From NCBI RefSeq assembly GCF_009914755.1, contig NC_060944.1: a stretch of DNA of 64,000 nucleotides; one strand, written 5' to 3'. The position numbers and the translations under genes were made by a program. Source of the DNA: the human T2T-CHM13v2.0 reference genome, Homo sapiens. Of this stretch, positions 53,311 to 64,000 are shown piece after piece (the stretch's first letter is position 1; each line of letters begins with the position of its first letter). The notes under the pieces were generated by a model that worked only from the letters and a program-made list of their open reading frames with translations, ran no database searches and was not told the DNA's origin.

Positions 53311-54749
53311 TGGTGCAGGGCATGGCGGGTGTGCAAGGGCGGGAGTGGGCCCAAGGCTCTAGAAGAAGAAATGTCATTTTCTCTTCACTGCACACAGGCA
53401 TTGGAGCAACTGGCTGGAGATGGGCTGAATGGCCCTTCACAGTCACTCCTAAAGGCCACCCACTCCTTAAACATCTGGGAGAAACCAAAGGTGCCTCTGT
53501 GAAGCCTTAGCTCTTAGCCACTTAGTGGGATGCAGACTCTCATCCTTGAAATGGGCACTGAGCAAAATGTATGTCCTTAGTGCAGCTCTGAGAGAGATCT
53601 TCTCACCTGGTAATTCCCCAGTAGCCAAAAGAGGCTAATGAAAATGCGCTTTCGTTCCCAATTCCTCATGTAATTAATTTCTTCTCAGCAATGTAGAGCA
53701 TGGTATCATCTCCATGGATTGCAGGTGAAGAAAAATTTTGCCTTTCCTGAAAAGAGACTTTGATCCTCATATGCGTGTGATCAAATCTTGATGTAACTTG
53801 AGTCAACATTTTAGGGTCCGAGTCTTTGTATTGAGTCCCTAGAAGCCTTGGTCTTGGAGGCAGGAGCTGTCTTTCTGATGGGCAACATAAAAGTTAAGCT
53901 AGTTAAGGCCCTTGTTAAATAAGTGACAATTGGTAAACTCTCTGAATTTCAGGAGCCTAAGTAAATTGAGTGTGGCACATAAGGGCTCACATGGAATCTG
54001 GTTTCATAGGGCTTGACAGCTGAGCATCACATAAATAGGACTGACAGTACCAAGCCATGAATTATTCCTGCATAATGACGTTCTTCGAGACTAAGACAAA
54101 AGCTGTCATTACTTCATTACTCTGCTGTGTCTTATTTATTCGGGGACTGCTCTGCGGAAACCATGAGAAAACATTTTCTTTATCCCCCGTACAGGATTGC
54201 CTCCATCAGGCAAAAATGGCCTGCTTCCAATCAAAGCACTCGCAAATCAATTATCCCCAGAGTCATGAAAATTCCTGGAGGTCACTGCAGACTGAGCTGG
54301 AGAGGGAAATCTGATATGTCTCTCCTCGGTTCATTAGCTGGGAGTGTTTGCACCTTCACAGTATCCTTGCTGGAGGGTCTTCAACCTTTTCCTGAGAAGT
54401 CACTACTTCTGATTTCCCTGAAGTCTTATGACTGTTGATGAGAAAAGTCAGAGGCCGGCACGCTGAGGACACCTTCTCTAGGTCATTTCGGGGACCTTCA
54501 GAGAGGAGATTCTGTCAGTGAGGAGCATCTTGGAGATTTACCTGTTGGTGCAGGTGGTAGCCATCCCTCTGGGATCCTGGACTCTAGATGTGGTTCCTGG
54601 CTCCTTGTTACTTCCAGTGATCTCAGTGTGTGGAGGGAAGTGGCACGCATACACCCAGGCTGTGCACTTGCCAGTGAAGCAGATGAAGAACTTTGGGGGA
54701 GTGTTTTAGGAAGACCAGTGGACAGTGTTTGGGTTTCCTCAGAAGCCTA

Positions 54750-55292
<543 letters not shown>

Positions 55293-55418
55293 TGAAATCT
55301 TGACAAAGGAGTATAAAAGAACTAACATATTAGAAACATATCATTGTTGATAGGCACTTAAAACGAATAGACATTGTACCTCCAATAGAAATGCAAGTCC
55401 ATGGAAAATTGCTACTTG

Positions 55419-55733
55419 GGCCAGGTGCCGTGGCTCATGCCTGTAATCCCAGCACTTTGGGAGGCCGAGGCAGGTGGATCACGAGGTCAGGAGTTTGAGA
55501 CCAGCCTTGCCAACACGGTGAAACCCTGTCTCTAGTAAAACTACAAAAAAAAAGTTAGCTGGATGTGGTGGTGCATGCCTGTAATCCCAGCTACTTGAGA
55601 GGCTAAGGCAGGAGAATCGCTTGAACCCAGGAGGTGGAGGCTGTAGTGGGCCCGGGACTGCAGCACTGCACTCCAGCCTGGGCAACGGAGCAAAACTCTG
55701 TATCAAAAAAATAAGTAAATAAATAAATAAATA
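55419..55733 (+). mobile_element. AluS (Sg-like)
   Basis: ggccaggtgccgtggctcatgcctgtaatccc...; (TAAA)n tail; TSD aattgcta(c/g)t. Confidence 0.96.
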
Positions 55734-57299
55734 ATTGCTAGTCGATGTCCCTACATTTTGCACTACCCTCCATATCTCCAGAAACAATCATTTGCATAAA
55801 GTAGGGTCCTTATCATGAGTGACCCCTTGCTCCAGAGAGAGATACTGCTCAGCAATTCTTAATCCAAACTGGCCCAACCTCTCTCTCATGGAGGGTCCAG
55901 AGAGGGAAGGGTGAACAAATCTTGCAGATATTTTGCAACTGAATAGCTCTGTGATCTGTATGTGATCTAATAAACTTGGTGGTTTATCAGAATAATTTCC
56001 GTGACAGAATCTAGAATGCTGGATTTAATGACAACCATGATAGGGACACAGCACTGATTTCTTTTAGAGACAGGTTCCACAATGCCCCTTGAGGGCTGGC
56101 TAGTAATGACATGCAGAATCGGTTTCTCTCTGTTGGAAGGGAGAAGCCTGGAACACCATTACCTTTTTAAAAAACACTTTTCTCAAGAAGCAAGATGCTG
56201 GCTGGGGTGCAGTACTGCATGTAAGTTTAGACATCAGAGATTTAGGCTGATCATGGTTAAAACTTACCTGATTCTCAGTCCTGCTTGGTATGAACTTCAC
56301 AAAGGTTAGTACCTTAAGAATTGCTGACACATTTATTACAATTTCAAAGCTACAACTCAAATCCCAGGAACACAGGATTGCAGTGACCTACATAATTTGG
56401 GCTCAAATACCTTCAAGGCATTCCGAAGAGACAGAGAACACCAGAACAAGGGAGAATTGGAGTGGAGGTGGATGCTGAAATTCCAGTATAAAAATCTACT
56501 CTGGCTGAGGAATAAGACAAAATGTAAGTGATTTAGGAAAATTATCCCAGACAAATGAGAGGTGAACTTTGGAAGGGGGTATAAATCAAGATAATAATTT
56601 CCATATTTGCTGTTTCTTTTACTTTTTGCAGAAGAAATGCAATATAGTCGCTACTCAGGAATTTTGACTGAGGTTGGACATTGTTTAGAAATGGGAACAA
56701 GTTTGAAGGATAGGATGGAGGGAAGGAAAATATTTTTTATTGCTTCCAATATAGTGGCTTTCATAAAGCTGAAAGTCTCCCCTGGAAGAAGACCTCAGGG
56801 GCCCTTTCCTGAACAGGTGAGAATGGTTTGTAATTAACATATTAATTGGTAGGTGCTTCTGAAATGCTGGAGGATGCTTGAGAAAGGACTTGAGTAGTTC
56901 CAGCATTACCTTTTCCAAATTGTTCTTGTCATAAATTGACTCAGCCAACCCTCTTCTTTATACAAAGGTTAACTTCCCGTCCAGCAGGTGTGGGTTATCA
57001 CAGTCTACATGTGGCAGTTTCTGTATAATATTTGCCTCTGGGTGCCCCTGTGAAAACAGCTAAAAATAGGGACTTTTGGAGAGAGAAGTCTATCGGGACA
57101 GCTAAGGACTGCAGGTGACCTTGAAGCCATGAGGATAAGTCCCCGCTTTTTGGAAGAGGCAGCCGGAACCTGTTAGACTGCTACTGAAGCTCGGTACGTT
57201 ATCTATACCGGCATCTAACTGCTGCCAGCCACTAAGAAATGTTTTCTTGCTACAAACAAAAAATAAAAAGAAAAATAACATTATCTGCAGTGGCAATCT

Positions 57300-57450
57300 A
57301 CAGTTTACTCAGTCCTTTTGCATATATGATCCTTACACACCCTTTGAGATAAAGAGAACAGATTTTGTTACCTTGAGAAAGGCTGAGTGATGTGGCTGAG
57401 GTCTGAGTCAGAATTCAGACTCAGGCCTTCTAGCTCTGTCTAATGCCTAG
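57300..57450 (-). mobile_element. MIR fragment
   Basis: tgatccttacacaccct...gagtcagaattcagactcaggccttctagctc. Confidence 0.55.
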
Positions 57451-58117
57451 AATTTCTCTCCTGGGGCATCATTTATTCCTGTTTTTTTTCCAGTCATTTG
57501 GGGGGCACCACATCCTGTAGACAATGGTCCTTGCTAGAGAAGCCCCCAACATCAAAACTAGAAAAAATAGAAATTAAGAAAGAGGGTTCACATAACAGAG
57601 GAATGCTTCTCCCTCTTCTCAAAAGAATTGCCATTGAGTTTCTTTAAACAAGAGAGCATGTTGCCAATGTGATTTGGTTAACTATCACAGAGGATGTCCT
57701 TCTCGGAGTGTGTCCATTTGATAGACAGGGACACATCTGAGAAAGCAAAGCCCACCCTGTTCAGGAGACCTCCTTCACAACCTCTTAGCCTTCTCTGCCT
57801 GGGCAGCTCGGGCCAGATGGCTCTGGGGGGTCTCCCCTCATCCTGTGCCTGGTCCCTGGCCTGCTCCCACTGCTGGCTGGGCTTCAGGCATGTGCCTGTG
57901 CTCCTCCATGGGGCGTGTTAATAAGTGGCATGGTTGGCAAGTCCTAAGGTGGACTCACTGCTCCTTCCTGGCTTTCAGCAGCTTTCTTTCAAAAGAGAAG
58001 ACAAAGGTGTTTCTGAAAGTCTGAGCACGAATTAACTCTTCTTGTTGAGCTGTAAACTTCCCTATTGGCTCAGCAGCCGTCTCCTCTTACACAAACACAT
58101 GCCTGAGTACTTGTGTG

Positions 58118-58244
58118 CATACACACACACACAGACACACACACAGGCTTCTCTCAAGTAGACGTGCACGCACACATACACACACAGACACAGGCTTCTC
58201 TCAAGTAGACGTGCGCACGTGCACACACACACACCCACACACAC
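58118..58244 (+). repeat. Compound (CA)n tract with a duplicated 27-bp spacer
   Basis: acacaggcttctctcaagtagacgtgc at 58141-58167 and 58188-58214. Confidence 0.93.
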
Positions 58245-58395
58245 CAGCCCATCTTCTTAGTTGCCTGACTCAATCTGAGACCCTTATGGCGAGTCTTCCT
58301 GTCAGCAGTGCTGCTTCCCACGTCAATATCCAGCCTCTTATTCATGTGGATGTGGATGGTTCCCCTAAGGGCATCCTTCTTTGTTCAATCTATAG

Positions 58396-58600
58396 TAGTG
58401 GTTCCCAACTGCGAGCAATTTTATCCTCTTCCCATGGGATACCTGGCAGTGTCTGGAGACCTGTTTGGCTGTCACAACTGGGAGGGGTGGTGCTGCTGTC
58501 ATCCGGTGGGTGGGAGCCAGGAATGCTGCTAAACCCCCTATAGTGCAGAAGATAGCCTCCCACAGCCAGGTATCCATAGTACTGAGGTTGAAAAGCCCTG
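58396..58600 (+). mobile_element. MER20 copy 5
   Basis: tagtggttcccaac...ctggcagtgtctggagac...tgtcacaactgggagggg...gctgctaaac...gaggttgaaaagccctg; TSD-like atctatag/gtctctag. Confidence 0.88.
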
Positions 58601-61302
58601 GTCTCTAGGGGAAGATGGAATAAAGATGAAATGGCATAAAGATAAAGATGGCATAAAGATGAACAATTCATTTTTGTAAGGAACCCTGGCGCCTGGCCTA
58701 GAAGTTTTGGATAGCACTGGGATCTGTCTTTGGAATATTTGAAAAGGAGAGATATGTCCAAACTCACAGAATGATGCCCATGCATCATACAAATCTTGCC
58801 TTTTTAGGAACAATGATGACAAGGACAGCAACGGACATTTTTCCTTTTAATTACAAAGTGTGGCTAGTAAGCAGGGCGCCATAACTTCTAAATTACCGTC
58901 CTCCACGGGGCTCATTCCCCGAGCAGCCAGGCAGAGGAAGGACACCTGGTCTGATGATGTGCTGATCATGTTTGAGTTACAGGCAAGGAGAATGATCTGG
59001 TCTTTGCTGAAACACTTTTCCTCCTGTTATTAAGATACTGCATTGAAAAAAGACACTTGCAGTGTTTGGTGCTATTAATAATTCTCCATTTGTGACATCA
59101 CCTATATCCCCAGAGAAACAGAGTTTCAATTACTGCATTACAACAAAACTCTTGCAAGATTGGGCTGATAGATGGAGATATTAAAATGGAGAGGCTGAGA
59201 GTGTCTGCCTGTGTAGGGGCTGTGAGGAGGGGCACTGTAATTTAACATCGAGATGGCATTTGAACAGGAGAGCGAGAGTCATCATCACAAGAAGCAGAAG
59301 CGTCTTTGGCTTGTAACAGTATTAAATATAATTTGCCACTGAATGCACCAGCTATATTTAGCTGGATATTGAAAAGGGGAGAAGAAGGATATGTTTAAAT
59401 AAGGTTTGGGACAGCTTGTCCTATACAGACTCATCACACTTGATGTACACATATCTCTACAAGTTAGGGGGGAAGAAGCTTCAATCTAATGGTTCCCTTA
59501 AATGGTGGTTTCTGCCCCTTTTCTATCTCAGAAATCCTGAACACAGCAGTTCTCCTTAACGAAGATTTTAATGGGAGATATTTGTTTGCACTGCTCTGTC
59601 GTTTCTACTTGCATGAGGCTGCCATTTACAACAACAAGTGTAATAGCATCTTTGAGCTTTTTAATTAAAAATTAATTAGGAGATTTAAGAACAGACTCAT
59701 TGGGGGTTACTGTACAATAACATGTTTACAAAATTAGGTCTGGGCTTTTTGTTCCAGCTAAGTGTTTCAATCAATTCTGTGTCTATTAAATGTAATTATG
59801 TATGATGCTTCCTCAAAATTATAATGTAGCATTTAAAAAGCAGCTGGGAAAAGTCTATAATTTTAAGTTTGGAATTAGGGTAACTATTAAAATGCAAATA
59901 AAGGCAACTATAGTTGGTTGACTGGGGAGTGGGAGGTAACAGTTAAAAACAAAGTTTCAGCCAGAGAGAGTTCATCTAGAATGCCTGCCTGTGGGTTTCA
60001 CCTTTCTTCTCACTCCTGCTGGATCTTCCTCCTGGGGAATGCGAGGGAAGCAAGATTGCAGTGATACCGAATGATAAGAACCGTAAGCGGAAAGGATTAA
60101 CAGTCTTGCACATTTCCTTGCTAGGTATTTAAGCACGTATTACTTTTTAATGGAGGTATTAATTGATTAAATGTTTGCTTTAGATTTTGGTCCTTTAAAC
60201 ACATATGTTTCCCAAATACTCTTCATTTTCTCGGTTCAGAAACAGCACTTTTAGACACTTTGGAGAGAGGTTCTATATGCATTTTTTTCTGTGTGCATTT
60301 CCTTAATGGGTAATCATTTGATGAGAGATTTTAATGTGTGTGGAGGCAGAGATTTAAGATCTGGAATGTCTGAGTACTTTCTATCCCATTCATTCATGAA
60401 GGTCTGCAGCAGCGTCTTCAGTTTGCACAGCATATTGAGTCCCACCTACCTGATAACTTCCTGGACAGAACTGGGTTATATCAAAACATTATGTGAAGTA
60501 ATTAAAAAGCAGTGCTTCTCAAAGAAGATGCCAGGGTCTGTTTCTGCAGCCAGCTCCCTCCTCCCTACCCTGTGATGGGCACAGAAGAGGTCAGTTCACA
60601 TCTAACTAGAGCAGACTTCAAGAAGCTTGCTGTGGTGGGACTCCCCAGTGGATGGTAAAATGATAACCAGATAAGAGTGATCTTTGAGCAACAAAGGAAA
60701 TAGACAGACCCAGGCTCTTTCTAAGCATACGAGGCACAGAACTTACACTTGTCGGTGCTGATGGAAGGGCCATTTCAAGATGGCGCCCTCTCCTTGCCTA
60801 ATGGGACCTACAGCCCAATGATGCCTTGTATTTTTAAGTAGAGGGAAAACTCTCTATAGGGATATCTCCTGAACTGCAGTGTGTCAATATGCTTCTGATT
60901 TGAGTGTGTTCCTGTAGATCACTGTGTAGACATAATCATTAGGCAGGCACTCTATATACTGAAGAATTCAACTCTTCCCCAGATTTTTCTTTTACCTTTT
61001 GCCATTATCGTTCTCAATGAGAGATGTGCTGGGAGATCTGTAAAAAATGGGGTGTCAATGCCCCAACGTGGCTCCTGGTCATTGGTGTGGCCATGGGTGG
61101 TGCAAGAGGCCGCCGGTTGTTCATCTTTCCATGATCCCTCATGTCTCCGCAATGCATACACCCGGAGTCCCCCCAAGACAAAGGGAGGTTTCTTGTCTTG
61201 CTCCACAACATGACCGTGACTTATCTACCATGAGTAGGTAAGTCCTTTGGAGGGATTCTAGTAGGGGAAAAATACAATATTTCTCTTGCTATGTCTGTGT
61301 AA

Positions 61303-61612
<310 letters not shown>

Positions 61613-62531
61613 AATATAGTATTTTAAGGTTATAAAAATGGTCTAACTTACTGTCATGGCTTTGTGGGACCTAATTAATTTATTGGAGCTATCCTCTTTT
61701 GTCTGTTTTCTCAAGAGTAGAGTTAAAAATTTGAATTCAAATTCAAATTTTTATGGCATTTCCCCCACTGTGCTGCTTGAATACCAGATGTCAATTATGA
61801 AATTATATTTATCATATAAACCTGAATAGAAGAAGCATTTTTCTAAAAATCATCCCTCAGAAAAGGAGAATACCTTTAGGTTTGTGTTTTTAAATGTTTC
61901 TCTTTTCATATGGCTCTCTTTTTATTTTAAAGAACAATCTTTTGACTCTGGAAGACACATTTGGCTGAGACAATCTCTTTCAGTTCCAGCGTTGGGTGCT
62001 TATAGAGGGCACATGTCAAAATTGGGATTGAAATTTTTTCTTAAAGTAATAAAAATTAGCACAGATTTGGTGAATATTCCCTGGGGGCAGGACTTTACAT
62101 TTTGAAACTTTGAGGGTTATTGCACACGGCTTTGAAGAACCACTTTAAAAAGTGACATGGCCAGCAGTCCTCTGGAGATAACTGATGTGCACCCGCAATA
62201 AAAACAAACGAAAAACAAACTCTCCTTGTGTTCTATGAATGAGGACTTGGATGAGGAATCAGTTTCCATTCATACGTGGAGTCAAAAAGTACCAATTGCA
62301 AAAACCTGAGAAGTAAGATAAGATGGTGTACTCTGGAAAACCACATTGATCATTCACTAAGTGACCCCAGCGATGGCACTGACGTCAAAGACGCAAGAGA
62401 AGAGCCTGAGTAAAACTGTCTCATCAGGAATGAGATGGACAAAGCGATGTTTCCAAGTCCATATTTTCTATATCACTCAAATATGCTATATGTCCAAACA
62501 ACTTCAATGTTATTAATAGGCATTATTAATA

Positions 62532-63075
62532 TTTTTTTAAACCTTTATTTTAAGTTTATGGGTACACGTACAGGTTTGTTATATAGGTAAAATTGTGTCT
62601 TGGGGTTTTGTTGTACAGATTATTTCATTACCCAGGCATTAAGCCTAATACCCATTAGTTATTTTTCCTGATCCTCTCCCTCCTCCCACCCTCTACCCTC
62701 CAACAGGCCCCAGTGTGTGTTGTTCCCTTCTATGTGTCCGTGTGTTCTCATTATTTAGCTCCCACTTATAAGTGAGAACATGCGATATTTGGTTTTCTGT
62801 TTCTGCATTTGTTTGCTAAGGATAATGGCATCTAGCTCCTTCCGTATTCCTGCAAAGGACATGATCTCGTTCTTTTTTATGGCTGTGTAGTATTCTGTGG
62901 TGTATATGTGCCACATTTTCTTAATCCAGTCTATCACTGATGGGCATTGAGGTTGATTCTGTGTCTTTGCTATTGTGAATAGTGCTAAAAGGAACATAAG
63001 TGTGTGCATGTGTCCTTGCAATAGAACAATTTATATTCCTTTGGGTACATACTCAGTAATGGGATTGCTGGGTTG
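62532..63075 (-). mobile_element. L1PA (PA11-13-like) 5'-truncated 3' end
   Basis: caggtttgttatataggtaaa...gttgtacagattatttcattacccagg...ctcccacttataagtgagaacatgcg...cagtaatgggattgctgggt. Confidence 0.93.
62755..63021 (-). pseudogene. Relic L1 ORF2p C-terminal coding segment (non-functional)
   Basis: ALFTIAKTQNQPQCPSVIDWIKKMWHIYTTEYYTAIKKNE...KTKYRMFSLISGS matches the ORF2p C-terminus. Confidence 0.9.
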
Positions 63076-63354
63076 ACAGACTTCTTCGTCTTGTCCCAGG
63101 AGCTTTCTCCATGGAGGGTGATCATAGTCTCTTTGAGAGAATTTCAAATCGAGGAAACAGGGAATCACTTTATATTTGAGCGCAAGTGTGGGTGTGTTTG
63201 TTTTGCTTTTTAAACATGAAATCAGGATCAATGATTGGAAATTATTAGTGGAGGTTGAAGGAACTCATCATTGATAAACACCTGCTGCTTGTGTATTGCC
63301 AGATAATACACAAAATTCAGATTTAATCAACAAATCTTGGAGTGTGTGTTAATA

Positions 63355-63525
63355 CACTTGTTCTCAATGTCTAATGTATAGCAGAATTGCCTGTGTAGTT
63401 TATTAAAAATACAAATTTCAGCTTGTCATATTCCAGCAGCTGGGATGGAATCAGGAGTCTGAATTTTGATCATGCACTCCACTATAGCTGTGATGGAGGG
63501 TGACTGAGGGCTATACTTTGAGAAA
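63355..63525. mobile_element. MER5B-like MITE remnant
   Basis: ttgttctcaa...cagaattgcctg...ttattaaaaataca...caggagtctgaatttt...atactttgagaaacactgg. Confidence 0.55.
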
Positions 63526-63688
63526 CACTGGCCCTGGCGTGAGGAGGGGCCTCACAAGGAAGCAGCCATCATGCTGAGACCTGAGGAAGCATCCAGGGAG
63601 GACATCCATGCATGAAGATCCAGCATTAAGAAAAAGCATGGGCAACAGAATGCCACACAGCAGGGAAAATGGAGGAACTGGATTTATA

Positions 63689-64000
63689 TGTGGAGAGTGA
63701 AGAAGTAACTTTACCCAAAGGGAGATCTGGCCTATGTCCTTGGCTACTGGGAGTGATCTCTGGGTTCCTGGAATGTTCTTCCCTCTAGGAGTGTCCAATG
63801 TTTGCAGTCTAAACATGTGATTCATGATGAGGCCTTCGGGACATGCCACATCAGTCCCAACCTCTGGAGGAATTGGAGAACAAAGATACCAGCCTGACCT
63901 TGCAGGAGAGACAGGAGACCAAGGGCCAGCCACACAGACACTGATGGCTCTGGCTGGCAACATGCTGGAGTGTCCTCATGCATCCTACCTGGGAGGAGGT
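63689..64000 (+). mobile_element. MER21-family LTR, cut by the window end
   Basis: tttacccaaagggagatctggcct..gtccttggctactgggagtgatctct...ggaatgt...taggagtgtc. Confidence 0.65.

Noticed and set aside
58612-58663. Short taaagat(ggca) re-iterations, plus small tandem words at ~22058, ~28552 and ~36904
   Set aside because: Ordinary slippage-level repeats with no further structure.

Overview
Primate genomic DNA, probably human: AluY-type, THE1-type and L1PA elements place it in catarrhines. It is CpG-depleted, with no CpG island, no credible protein-coding gene and no recognisable RNA gene. The supplied ORFs are chance or repeat-derived; the only recognisable protein is a relic L1 ORF2p C-terminus at 62755-63021. 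The window is a mosaic of about 12 near-full Alus plus 2 fragments, old L1/L2/MIR pieces, many solo LTRs and DNA-transposon MITEs (five MER20). Between them lie kilobase-scale blocks with no recognisable repeats that are rich in homeodomain, SOX, MEIS, TCF and MEF2 motifs, as in a gene desert or large intron near a developmental gene (inference; the locus was not identified). The most notable structures are: (1) an ~8-copy 37-bp tandem amplification of an E-box + CCAAT module inside an MLT1 LTR; (2) a 247-bp, ~96%-identical local templated insertion inside the terminal repeat of a MER20; (3) an old L1 with twin-priming-type 5' inversion geometry; (4) a second, older local duplication 2.3 kb apart. 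I found no evidence of a new multi-gene system. Subfamily calls are by eye from remembered consensus sequences, and boundaries of old repeats are approximate.
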